A DNA stretch of 24,000 nucleotides from Planctomycetia bacterium (GCA_030539035.1 JAUNSU010000044.1:1469-25468); one strand, 5' to 3'; counted from the stretch's first letter, positions 8,202 through 16,734 are shown. Numbers and translations are program-made. The notes: a model not told the origin generated them from the sequence alone.

Positions 8202-9902
8202 ATGGCGAGTCAACTTACTTTATTTGAACTTGAACCGGATCTGTTAATACGAAATTCGATCAGCAAGCTTTCGTGCGCTGAATGGAAGGAGCGCGGTGCG
8301 GTTTATACACAAAGAAAGGTCGTTGATTTTATTCTTGATTTAATGGGATATTCGAGCGATATACCACTTTTTCAATACCGGATTCTTGAACCTTGTTTTG
8401 GAAGGGGCGATTTTCTTTTTCCGATTATTGAACGGTTATTGAATTCATGGCGGAAATCCAATCGGCCTGTTTCCATCCTTTCCCGAGCTCTTTATGCGGT
8501 TGAATTAAACCAAAGAACATTTGATGAGACCCGGGAAAAAGTCGTTCAGTATTTGGTCCAATCGGGGATTTCTTCAAAGCGGGGATCTTTTCTTGCGGAT
8601 CAGTGGATGATCCAGGGAGATTTTCTTCTCAAAGCAATAAAGGATAAATTTTCTTTTATTGCGGGGAATCCTCCTTATCTTCGACAGGAACGAATTCCGG
8701 AACCGCTTTTGATGGAATACCGCCGCCGATACTGCTCCATGTTTGATCGGGCCGATCTGTATGTCCCTTTTATCGAACGATCTCTTTCCCTCCTTTCCCA
8801 GGGAGGAATTCTCGGGTTTATTTGTGCGGATCGATGGATGAAAAACCGGTATGGGGGACCTCTCCGAAGAATGGTATCAGAAAATTATCGTTTGAAAACA
8901 TATGTGGATATGGCGGAAACTCAGGCTTTTCAAACAAAAGTGGCGGCTTATCCCGCCATTACAATTATAAGTCGTGAAAAAAGGGGGCCTACAAGGACAA
9001 TATATCGCCCTGAGATTAATGAACGGACTCTTTCGCAAATTGTATCTGATGTTCATGCGGCGGCCTTGCCAAATGATTCGCAGGTCCAGGAGATTCTGAT
9101 TCCGGCAAAAAACAGTGCGCCTTGGCTTTTAAAATCACCGGATCGGATCGATCTTATTCGGCGCCTTGAGAGTGCTTTTCCAACATTGGAAGAAGTTGGG
9201 GCCAAAGTCGGTATCGGTGTTGCAACCGGAGCAGACAAAGTATTCATTGCCGATTACGCAAAGCTTGATGTAGAAGAAAGCCGCAAACTTCCGTTAGCAA
9301 CAACTTCGGATATTAAAACGGGAATAATGAACTGGAAGGGACTTGGTGTCATTAATCCTTTTTGCGGCGACGGGAGTTTGGTTGACTTAAACGATTATCC
9401 CAAATTGGAACACTATTTAACTCAATATCGGGATATTATTGTCAAACGGCATTGTGTCCATAAAAATCCGGAAAAATGGTATCGGACCATTGACCGAATT
9501 CAAGCCGATTTAACAATCAGAGCCAAACTCCTTATCCCGGATATTAAAGGATCGGCAAATATTGTTTTTGACTCCGGCCAATATTATCCCCATCATAATT
9601 TGTATTATGTAATTTCCGATGATTGGGATTTACGGGCACTTCAGTCGGTTTTGAAATCGCGAATTGCTTCCCTGTTTATAGAAAACTATTCTACGCAGAT
9701 TCGCGGGGGATATCTCCGGTTTCAGGCGCAGTATCTCCGGCGAATTCGGGTTCCATTCTGGAAAGATGTCCCTGTGCCGCTGCGAAAAAAGCTTGCCGCC
9801 GCGGCGGTTTCTAATGATAATGATCTGCGTGATTTATTGGTGTTTGAGTTGTTCGGACTTACGAAAAAAGAAATATCGACGATCATGTCGAAAAGGAAAT
9901 AG
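8202..9902 (+). CDS. Type II N6-adenine DNA methyltransferase, gamma class (Eco57I/TaqI-like family), 566 aa
   Basis: Motif I is LEPCFGRGDFL (the FxGxG AdoMet site). Motif IV is GNPPY, with motif I before motif IV, which defines the gamma class. GIGVATGADKVFI resembles the TaqI-like C-terminal target-recognition domain. The stop lies 4 nt before the downstream endonuclease start. Confidence 0.9.
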   Translation: MASQLTLFELEPDLLIRNSISKLSCAEWKERGAVYTQRKVVDFILDLMGYSSDIPLFQYRILEPCFGRGDFLFPIIERLLNSWRKSNRPVSILSRALYAVELNQRTFDETREKVVQYLVQSGISSKRGSFLADQWMIQGDFLLKAIKDKFSFIAGNPPYLRQERIPEPLLMEYRRRYCSMFDRADLYVPFIERSLSLLSQGGILGFICADRWMKNRYGGPLRRMVSENYRLKTYVDMAETQAFQTKVAAYPAITIISREKRGPTRTIYRPEINERTLSQIVSDVHAAALPNDSQVQEILIPAKNSAPWLLKSPDRIDLIRRLESAFPTLEEVGAKVGIGVATGADKVFIADYAKLDVEESRKLPLATTSDIKTGIMNWKGLGVINPFCGDGSLVDLNDYPKLEHYLTQYRDIIVKRHCVHKNPEKWYRTIDRIQADLTIRAKLLIPDIKGSANIVFDSGQYYPHHNLYYVISDDWDLRALQSVLKSRIASLFIENYSTQIRGGYLRFQAQYLRRIRVPFWKDVPVPLRKKLAAAAVSNDNDLRDLLVFELFGLTKKEISTIMSKRK

Positions 9903-9906
9903 TTTT

Positions 9907-10644
9907 ATGATTGACCTGGTAAACTATCAAGAAAAAGTCTCTCAGGCCGTTTGTCAATTTTGGGCAAGCAGAAATCGCGCTCGTAAAAATCAGATGAAAA
10001 GAGGATCTTCCGATTTGGGAGAGAGATCAAGTGTTACCGCAGGAAAAAATATGAACGGTTTCGTCTCCCTGTTTACAGATCTTGTTCGCGCGAACGGACT
10101 TCCAAACGCAGAGATAATGCAATCACGGTCTGCTTTGACTTTGCCAGGATTTTTTCGTCCTGCCAAAGTTTGGGATATTCTTGTGATGAATAAAAAGGAA
10201 TTGGTCGCTGTCCTTGAATTGAAAAGCCATATTGGGCCATCCTACGGTAATAATTTTAACAACAGAGCGGAAGAAGCAATTGGTTCTTCTCTCGATTTTT
10301 GGACAGCATATCGAGAGGGGGCATTTGGAATACAACCCCGTCCTTTTGCCGGGTGGCTCATTTTGGTTGAAGATTCCGCTAAATCAAGAGTGCCTGTGAA
10401 AACGGTCTCTCCCAATTTTCCTCTTTCTGAAGAATTCCTCGAAAAAAGCTATCTTCAACGCTATGATATTCTCTGTCAAAAGCTGATTAAGGAACACCTT
10501 TATACTGCGGCATGTCTCATTACTTCTTCCAGAAATATCCAATCCAAAAACAACTATTTCTGTCTTTCTTCCTTAACGGATCTGAAAACATTTGCCGCCG
10601 CCTTCGCTGGGCATATCGCGGCAGTATCGGCCCGATTGAGTTAA
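9907..10644 (+). CDS. Type II restriction endonuclease, PD-(D/E)xK fold, probably XhoI/PaeR7I family (245 aa)
   Basis: Start chosen at ATG 9907, since the track ORF from 9766 overlaps the methyltransferase. WDILV...VAVLELKS gives the D...ExK catalytic signature. From memory, LPGFFRPAKVWD, GPSYGNNFNNRAEEAIGS and WTAYREGAF resemble PaeR7I/XhoI-type enzymes. The M-then-R order and the sizes (566/245 aa) match the PaeR7I arrangement as I recall it (about 532/246 aa, from memory and unverified). Confidence 0.75.
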   Translation: MIDLVNYQEKVSQAVCQFWASRNRARKNQMKRGSSDLGERSSVTAGKNMNGFVSLFTDLVRANGLPNAEIMQSRSALTLPGFFRPAKVWDILVMNKKELVAVLELKSHIGPSYGNNFNNRAEEAIGSSLDFWTAYREGAFGIQPRPFAGWLILVEDSAKSRVPVKTVSPNFPLSEEFLEKSYLQRYDILCQKLIKEHLYTAACLITSSRNIQSKNNYFCLSSLTDLKTFAAAFAGHIAAVSARLS

Positions 10645-10812
10645 TTACTTATCAGAATCTTCATTTGGAAAAAGGCTGATGTACTGTTTGGAACACTCTT
10701 CCCACTCTTTCATCGGAACGTACAAACTGAAATTGTCTTCCGGATCTTTCGACTCCACTGCCGCGAAGTCCGGATCATTGATCCCGGTAAAGAACAGAAA
10801 AAACAGACTCAT
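10645..10812 (-). CDS. Possible small acidic protein (55 aa), below the track's size cutoff
   Basis: My own translation gives MSLFFLFFTGINDPDFAAVESKDPEDNFSLYVPMKEWEECSKQYISLFPNEDSDK*. Its ATG overlaps the TGA of the upstream 110-aa ORF in an ATGA arrangement (10809-10812), which suggests translational coupling. Confidence 0.25.
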   Translation of the reverse strand: MSLFFLFFTGINDPDFAAVESKDPEDNFSLYVPMKEWEECSKQYISLFPNEDSDK

Positions 10813-11141
10813 GCGTACTCGGCGGGAGAATAAATTTTGTCCTTTGGCAATAAAAATGATATTTTACGAATGTATGGTAATTTGATCTCAATGAGAATGC
10901 CGCTCTTATCGAAATAAGCCCAGGCGATATCGCGTCGGGATTTAATATCACGGGTATTCGCCAGCAAAGATTGATGCTTTGCATTATTTTTACGAATTCC
11001 AACGATATCTGAAACGGGATATTTATTCGCGGCATGGATCACATTATTCAGAACATATTTTCTTATGTAAGAAGCGCATAGGAATATAATCATCCAAATA
11101 AATGCAAAAATTGCAATCCCGGTAAATATTAAATATCCCAT
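10809..11141 (-). CDS. Possible small membrane-anchored protein (110 aa)
   Basis: ORF track entry. There is one N-terminal hydrophobic helix (MGYLIFTGIAIFAFIWMIIFLCASYI) followed by a basic soluble part. It lies 21 nt downstream of the alpha-galactosidase stop on the same strand, in strongly AT-rich DNA. No recognisable motif. Confidence 0.35.
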   Translation of the reverse strand: MGYLIFTGIAIFAFIWMIIFLCASYIRKYVLNNVIHAANKYPVSDIVGIRKNNAKHQSLLANTRDIKSRRDIAWAYFDKSGILIEIKLPYIRKISFLLPKDKIYSPAEYA

Positions 11142-11162
11142 ATCAAATTTCTCTGTTCCAAA

Positions 11163-13514
11163 TCATTTGCTGTTTGTGTTTTTAAAATAGAACAAACGAC
11201 TGTCGAGATCGCCGCAGAGCCAAACAGGAAGTCCGTAATTTTCCAGCGCTTTCCCCGACATCGGACGAACAGGAAGCAGCTTGAAATTTTCCAAACCGAA
11301 TCCTTTGTACTTGATCCTGGGATCCCCGAACCGTTCGACCGTATAAACCGCGTCGGGATCAAGTCCGTCGAGCCGGATATTCGGGATCATGGATCCGTAT
11401 TTCATTCCGTGTCCGAAAACAAACAGAAGCGCTTCCGAACGATCTTGAGAGACAAATTCAAATGCGGCGTACTTCCCGGTTTCCCGATACGTTGCAACAC
11501 GATAGAGTTCACCGAAATCGACGATGTGTCGAAATCGTTTGTAAAGTTTGATGTATTCCGCGCATTCATCAAGTTCTTCCTGCGGTGTTGTATCCAACGG
11601 AAGTCCGATCGAAAGCCAGCTCATCATTCCCGCGTAGGCCATAAACTGCATCGGAAAATCTCTGTGATTCAAGAGATAAGTATAAAGATGGCTGATCTGG
11701 CACCCGCCGCCGCCCATCTTCGAGGGATGAAGATAGGTAAAGCCTTCGTGAATGTTGAGAATATCGAGCGTATCCTGATTATCGCTCCGATTGATCCGCG
11801 AGAAATAGCGATCCATTTCCAGATCAAGCCGACCGCTTCCGCCGGCGCAGTTTTCAAAATAAACGTTGGGGAAGTCGGCGCGAAGACGGCGAAAGATCTC
11901 ATAAAAGTTTTCCGTATATTTCGTAAGGAACGGACGGCGGTTTTCGATCGCGGAGACCCCCGGCTGGCGATTAAGATCGATCTTGAAATAGGCTATCTCA
12001 TTTTCAGATAAAAACTTCTTGATCACTCCATAGATGTATTCGCGAACATCGTCCCTTGCGAGATTCAGAAGGGAATAGCCTTCCTGATCGATCAGCCATT
12101 CCGGATGTTTCTGATAGACTTCGCTTTCCTTGTCGGCCCGTTCGAATTCCAGCCAGATCCCGAATTCCATTCCGTTTCTTTTAACTTCATCGATGATCTT
12201 TTTGAATCCGCCGGGAAATTTGACCGGATCGATCACCCAATCGCCCATATTCTTTTGCCAGCCGGCATCAATAATAAAGGCTTCGACGCCGATTTTTGCG
12301 GCGGCGGGAATCAATTTCAGTACATTTTCTTCGGTTACCGTTTCCCTGCGAATGGAAGAATAGGTATTATAAACGACGGGCATTACCCGTTTTCGCATAT
12401 TTTCCGGAAAGATCTTTTCCTGCTGATAGCGGTGGATCGTTCGGGACATTTTTCCGAATCCGCCGTCGGTATATCCCGCGAGAAAAACAGGGGACCGGAC
12501 ACTTTTACCGGGCTCAATATCGAGTTCGAAATCGAAATTGTTCAGACCGCCGAGGATATTGGTTTCGCCGTAAGCGGTCTGTTCGATCTGGAATTTCCAG
12601 TTTCCGCTCCAGAGAAGTGTTCCGAACCAGATCTCCCCGGACCGTTCATCGGCGTTTCCTTCATCGAAGGCGAAAAAGGGAACATGATGATGTCCGCTCA
12701 AGCCGGATCGGGATTCGAAGCAGCGGGTCCCCATGGTCATTTTTTCCCGTGTTACCTGATATTCCTGTCCCCAGGCGCCGTCCAGATGAGTTAATCGCCA
12801 ATCGCGTCCGCGGGCAAGTGCCCATTGTGCGGAAAAGAAATTTTCGAGTGTGATCTTTTTGGACGAGAGATTAACGACTTCCGCCCATCGGGCAATCAGA
12901 TCGTATTCCGGATAGAGTTCGTAATGAAGAATGATCCGGTAAGTTCCCTTGCCCGCGAGGAGGGAAAGGGCCAGATGGGTATCGGAGATCAGTTCGTATT
13001 TTTCGAATCCGGCGTTAAAATACTCCGCGGTATCAGGTTCGCGCAATTTGATCGCCGGTTCAAAGCTGCTCTGTTTTGCCGTCCACACGAAGAGCGGATA
13101 CTCCCAATGGGACTGCCGGGCATTGGAAGAATGTCCCCAAGCGTGATAGGTCAATTCATGCGCGTTGGGAAGATCGGCGATCCGATCAATTTTCGCGCCC
13201 CAATAGAGACTCAGCGGCAGTCCGATCCCTTCGGCAAAGGAAGATCCCTTCCGATACTTGAACAGATTGATCGCATAGCTCATCTGATCGGTTGAAAGGA
13301 GAATATTTCCCTTGCCTGAATCGAACTGAATGTATTTCGATCCTTTCTCGACACCATAAGAACAGAGATTGGAACAAAGCAGACATCCGATCATAAATAC
13401 CGTGAATGGATTTATTATGGTTGAGATAAAGTCCTTCCTTATTGTGTTGACTCTCAAATTACTCATTTTGCGCTCCTGTGTTTTTTTGTTGATTAACAAT
13501 CGCTCGATCTTCAC
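11163..13514 (-). CDS. Glycoside hydrolase family 36 alpha-galactosidase (about 770-783 aa)
   Basis: GH36 signatures are YFKIDLNR (the KxD nucleophile motif, cf. KWDMNR), ENCAGGSGRLD (cf. CxxGGGR) and RSDNQDTLD (the acid/base SDxxD motif). The start is ambiguous: 13514, or ATG 13466 giving MSNLRV... Both are followed by a hydrophobic segment (FTVFMIGCLLCSNLC) that may be a signal or lipoprotein sequence. Confidence 0.85.
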   Translation of the reverse strand: MKIERLLINKKTQERKMSNLRVNTIRKDFISTIINPFTVFMIGCLLCSNLCSYGVEKGSKYIQFDSGKGNILLSTDQMSYAINLFKYRKGSSFAEGIGLPLSLYWGAKIDRIADLPNAHELTYHAWGHSSNARQSHWEYPLFVWTAKQSSFEPAIKLREPDTAEYFNAGFEKYELISDTHLALSLLAGKGTYRIILHYELYPEYDLIARWAEVVNLSSKKITLENFFSAQWALARGRDWRLTHLDGAWGQEYQVTREKMTMGTRCFESRSGLSGHHHVPFFAFDEGNADERSGEIWFGTLLWSGNWKFQIEQTAYGETNILGGLNNFDFELDIEPGKSVRSPVFLAGYTDGGFGKMSRTIHRYQQEKIFPENMRKRVMPVVYNTYSSIRRETVTEENVLKLIPAAAKIGVEAFIIDAGWQKNMGDWVIDPVKFPGGFKKIIDEVKRNGMEFGIWLEFERADKESEVYQKHPEWLIDQEGYSLLNLARDDVREYIYGVIKKFLSENEIAYFKIDLNRQPGVSAIENRRPFLTKYTENFYEIFRRLRADFPNVYFENCAGGSGRLDLEMDRYFSRINRSDNQDTLDILNIHEGFTYLHPSKMGGGGCQISHLYTYLLNHRDFPMQFMAYAGMMSWLSIGLPLDTTPQEELDECAEYIKLYKRFRHIVDFGELYRVATYRETGKYAAFEFVSQDRSEALLFVFGHGMKYGSMIPNIRLDGLDPDAVYTVERFGDPRIKYKGFGLENFKLLPVRPMSGKALENYGLPVWLCGDLDSRLFYFKNTNSK

Positions 13515-13716
13515 CGACTCTATTTTCGCTGATTCTTATGAAAAATCAAGATAAAAGGATAAATTCTTTCTGCTTTTTTTGAAAAAAACTTAAACGAGTG
13601 GATTGAGAATGGGACATTGAGTGAGATCATTGCCGGATTGTACGGTATTTTATGAACAATTCACGTTGCAGATATTCCCCCTCTTGTAAAGGGACAAACC
13701 AAACCTTATAATCATA

Positions 13717-13873
13717 TTAAACTGTAAACAGATTTTTGTTTGAAACCACGGATTACACGGATGAATTTCATTGATAATCATAATTTTGAGAGAAAATGTC
13801 TTTGTTATCAAAAATTTATCCGTGAAAATCCGTGCTGTCCGTGGTTTCAAAATCGGTTATTTACAGTTTGAGC
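13717..13873 (-). mobile_element. MITE copy A (about 157 bp), inverted relative to copies B and C
   Basis: The ends are TTAAACTGTAAACAGATTTTTGTTTGAAACCACGGAT and GTCCGTGGTTTCAAAATCGGTTATTTACAGTTTGAGC, which form a terminal inverted repeat. The element is flanked by AATCATA at 13710-13716 and 13874-13880, a 7-bp direct duplication. CACGGAT/ATCCGTG heptamers occur at 9-10 bp spacing in both arms. Boundaries are +/-3 bp. Confidence 0.75.
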
Positions 13874-14000
13874 AATCATAAAAAGATAAAGAAACGAATC
13901 GGCTGCTTTGGCTGTTTTGCGCGAATTGACCGAAAATAAACCGATCATTCTTTTTTATTTCACAAACGACGGCTTTTAATCATCTATCGGAATACGCGAA

Positions 14001-14978
14001 ATGGGAAAAATTTTTAACGTACTGATATACAGTATCTTTTTACTTTATATTTACGGTATTTTCTTGGCTCTTGACACGCAGGTGATTTTTTTTCCTTTAA
14101 TACTGTTTGGACTCTATCTGTTTTTTAAAATTTGCGTTTACATTTTTCAGTCCGTATCCATTATGAGGAAAATGCGTCAAATGGCTTCCGGAAAATGGAC
14201 TGTATGCGATGAGTTGTTCGAACCGGAACCGATTCCGGATCAGAGCGGCGAGGTCTATTTTTCCGATAATCCTTATGAGTCGAGAGAGACGGTTCCCGAA
14301 AAATCGAATCAGAAAAAACAAAACCGGATCCGCTATTTTTTCGCACTGGAATGGGCAAGAGCACGCGGTTTCCTCTTTTTGGGTTGTATGGAGCATTCCC
14401 TCAAACACAAGAGCGCTGCGTGGATCATCCCGGAACAGTCCCTGTTGTTCCTCTGCTATCTGGATGCAAAGGACTATATGTTTTTCAGTTTGACAACCTA
14501 TTTCGATGATGAGAAGATTCTGAATACCCTTTCGACCCCGATTCCCGGTGTGAGTCGTCCCGGTATCTACTCTCAATGCCGGGTCCCGGGCTTTCCCCCG
14601 TTGGAATCCGCTCCGGCCGGTGATGAAGAGGAGCTGGAACAGCTCGCGAAAATGCACGAAGAAAGTATTCAATATCTGATCAATCAGGGTAAAGTCCGAC
14701 TCGTTCCCTTTCAAACGAGGCCGTTTGAATTATACGAAAACGGTCCGCAGGACGATCTTGCTCATAAAGAAACCATTCTGTCCGCGATGAAAAAGCCGGA
14801 TCCCGTCTTTCTGCTGAACGCTCTTACTGAGGTGAAGGAGTCCTGGGTTCGATCCACTTACGATTATTTTCGGTCCCTTCCGTTTTGGCGATTCCGAATC
14901 CATTACTGGTTTTACAAAAAACCTTATCGAACCGTGAATAAAACCTTGGAACAGATCTATAAAGGCAAACTTCCGTAA
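14001..14978 (+). CDS. Hypothetical membrane protein (325 aa), with two N-terminal TM helices and a soluble domain
   Basis: ORF track entry. The N-terminus IFNVLIYSIFLLYIYGIFLAL / VIFFPLILFGLYLFFKICVYIF is hydrophobic. No recognisable catalytic motif. The gene converges on hpt with a 7-nt gap. Confidence 0.6.
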   Translation: MGKIFNVLIYSIFLLYIYGIFLALDTQVIFFPLILFGLYLFFKICVYIFQSVSIMRKMRQMASGKWTVCDELFEPEPIPDQSGEVYFSDNPYESRETVPEKSNQKKQNRIRYFFALEWARARGFLFLGCMEHSLKHKSAAWIIPEQSLLFLCYLDAKDYMFFSLTTYFDDEKILNTLSTPIPGVSRPGIYSQCRVPGFPPLESAPAGDEEELEQLAKMHEESIQYLINQGKVRLVPFQTRPFELYENGPQDDLAHKETILSAMKKPDPVFLLNALTEVKESWVRSTYDYFRSLPFWRFRIHYWFYKKPYRTVNKTLEQIYKGKLP

Positions 14979-14985
14979 GATACAA

Positions 14986-15555
14986 TTACTCCACGATCGC
15001 GATGTAAGGGAGATGTTCCATGGAGGCGCCGGGGCCGTCCATTCCGTATCCGCCGAGAAAGTGATTCGGAACATCGAATCCCTTATGATCGCAGGCGATA
15101 TTGTATTTTCTTCGTTCTTTTTTGTCGAGAAAGACCGCACTTCGAATCTCGCGCGCTCCCTTTTTGCGAAAATAATCGTAAAGAAAAACCATGCTTCCGC
15201 CGGTATCTATAATGTCGTCAACAATGAGAACCCGACGATTGACCGGATCATGATCGGGCTCCTTGCGAAGAGAAACCCGTTCGGACGGTGTTCGGGCATT
15301 CCCATAGCTCGATACCCTCATCCAATCGGTTTGCAGCGGAAAAACAAGCTTTCGGGTAAGATCGGACATGAAAGGAATCGCTCCCATCATGATGCCGACG
15401 ATCAGGATCTTGTCGTCTTCCTTTGTTTCCGCGTAATGCTGATTGATCTCGCCGGCAAGCAGATCAACTTGATCGCGGATCTGATCCGGTGTAAAAAGAA
15501 TACTCGTATTCATCGATTTAATTTCACTGTTTGATCTTTGCAAATAATACAACAC
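14986..15555 (-). CDS. hpt: Hypoxanthine(-guanine) phosphoribosyltransferase
   Basis: The PRPP-binding motif is VLIVDDIIDTGGSM. The overall layout is typical of Hpt (LFTPDQIRDQVDLLAGEINQHY..; ILIVGIMMGAIPFMSDL). The start is ambiguous: GTG 15555 or TTG 15552, both just after a GGAGGGAGG Shine-Dalgarno-like run, or ATG 15513, which has no SD. Confidence 0.85.
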   Translation of the reverse strand: MLYYLQRSNSEIKSMNTSILFTPDQIRDQVDLLAGEINQHYAETKEDDKILIVGIMMGAIPFMSDLTRKLVFPLQTDWMRVSSYGNARTPSERVSLRKEPDHDPVNRRVLIVDDIIDTGGSMVFLYDYFRKKGAREIRSAVFLDKKERRKYNIACDHKGFDVPNHFLGGYGMDGPGASMEHLPYIAIVE

Positions 15556-15626
15556 CTCCCTCCGGCGGAAACCGATCCGATCAGATCTCCCGGAGAGAAG
15601 TACGTCAAATCATTTCAATTTCGTCC

Positions 15627-15654
15627 ATTATAAAGTTTAGACGATTATTGTCAA
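15627..15654 (-). promoter_or_regulatory. Consensus sigma70-type promoter for hpt
   Basis: On the minus strand: TTGACA (plus 15649-15654), a 16-nt spacer, then TATAAT (plus 15627-15632). It sits immediately downstream of the rtcA stop at 15668. Confidence 0.5.
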
Positions 15655-15667
15655 TCAATTTAAAGGA

Positions 15668-16708
15668 TCAGGGATTAAAGGAGACGCAAACGTTTCCGGC
15701 CGGTTCTTCTTCCGTTCCGATCGAAAGATCCAGAAATTTGCGGATCAGATCGATATGCGTTCGACTGTGATTCGAAAGCGGGAGCGTACGGAACTTGCCC
15801 GGTTCCCTGTCCTTTACCGCCGCGATCGCCATCGGGAGCATGATCTGATCGGCGGTATAGATCCCGACAGGAACATCCGATCGGATATATTCGCCGATAT
15901 TGCGGAACATATTGCGAACAAGATCTTCCGCGCGTTTTCCTTTTTCGGCAATCGCGTTGAACGATTCCGTAATGTTCTCAAATTTCAAGAAGATCTGAAC
16001 GATATTGCCCGGCCCGGAGGAAGGGATCTTCCGGATATTGATCGGAGCATCCGACCAGAGATCCTGATCGCGTATCGTGTTCGCTTCTCTTTGCGCGATA
16101 TCATAGGGAATTCCCGTGATCAGGATCTCTGCCCGCTTTTCGAGAAGATCGCCCCGATCAAGCAGGGCAAACGATTTCAGGGATCGGACCGGATCGATCT
16201 CGACTTCCAGTTCCCCGCCGCCCGCCGGGTAAAATCCGTATCGATGGATCTTCGCGCGGATCGCCGGTCCCATCCGTTCGATCAGAGGAATAAAGGTTTG
16301 CACGAAAAAGTCGAAAGGAGGCGCCTGCGGATTGTGCGTTCCGCCCGACAGGGTGATCTTCGAAGGCTTGTCCGCGAGGATCAGAACTGGCAAGATCGTT
16401 TGCAGAACCAGCATCGCACTTCCTGCAGTTCCGATCTGAAAATGATATTCTCCTCCGCGAATGGCGCCCGGGACAAATTCCAGCGACAGGCTGCCGGGGG
16501 AATCGCCAATGAGTCGGGCCTGTCCAATCTCCGCGGCGGCCTGAACGGCCGTTAAATGCTGGCGCAAAAGGCCCGGCCGGGAACGCTTTGCGCGTATATT
16601 CCTGATCCGGAAAGAACGTCCGGTCAACAGGGAAAGCGCCAGCGAGGATCGAAGGATCTGTCCGCCGCCTTCACCTTCCGATCCGTCTATTTCAATAAAT
16701 TCCATCAT
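15668..16708 (-). CDS. rtcA: RNA 3'-terminal phosphate cyclase
   Basis: The N-terminus EIDGSEGEGGGQILRSSLALSLLTGRSFRIRNIRAKRSRPGLLRQHLTAVQAA is the canonical RtcA signature. The C-terminal PLSNHSRTHIDLI contains the adenylylated-His region. Confidence 0.92.
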   Translation of the reverse strand: MMEFIEIDGSEGEGGGQILRSSLALSLLTGRSFRIRNIRAKRSRPGLLRQHLTAVQAAAEIGQARLIGDSPGSLSLEFVPGAIRGGEYHFQIGTAGSAMLVLQTILPVLILADKPSKITLSGGTHNPQAPPFDFFVQTFIPLIERMGPAIRAKIHRYGFYPAGGGELEVEIDPVRSLKSFALLDRGDLLEKRAEILITGIPYDIAQREANTIRDQDLWSDAPINIRKIPSSGPGNIVQIFLKFENITESFNAIAEKGKRAEDLVRNMFRNIGEYIRSDVPVGIYTADQIMLPMAIAAVKDREPGKFRTLPLSNHSRTHIDLIRKFLDLSIGTEEEPAGNVCVSFNP

Positions 16709-16734
16709 TGATATTCTCTTTCTTTATTCTGGTA

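Noticed and set aside
9766-9906. The upstream extension of the endonuclease ORF (track start 9766), which overlaps the methyltransferase gene by 137 nt.
   Set aside because: The extension is Cys/Arg-rich and is read out of frame over the conserved methyltransferase C-terminus. ATG 9907 lies 4 nt after the methyltransferase stop and gives a 245-aa product typical of this enzyme family.
11409-13295. Several plus-strand ORFs (200, 229, 185 and 156 aa) across the alpha-galactosidase region.
   Set aside because: The minus-strand 783-aa ORF carries the GH36 catalytic motifs. The plus-strand products have no motifs and overlap each other in different frames.
13650-13850. A 66-aa ORF at 13650-13850 (minus strand) and a 79-aa ORF at 18674-18913 (plus strand).
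   Set aside because: Both are largely composed of MITE sequence. The second also runs out of frame into rtcR. They are not conserved between MITE copies as reading frames.
15514-15667. A possible purine riboswitch upstream of hpt.
   Set aside because: None of the conserved purine-riboswitch core sequences (for example the UAUAAU...GGAUAUGG...CCGACUA-type junction elements) could be recognised. Only a simple hairpin is present.
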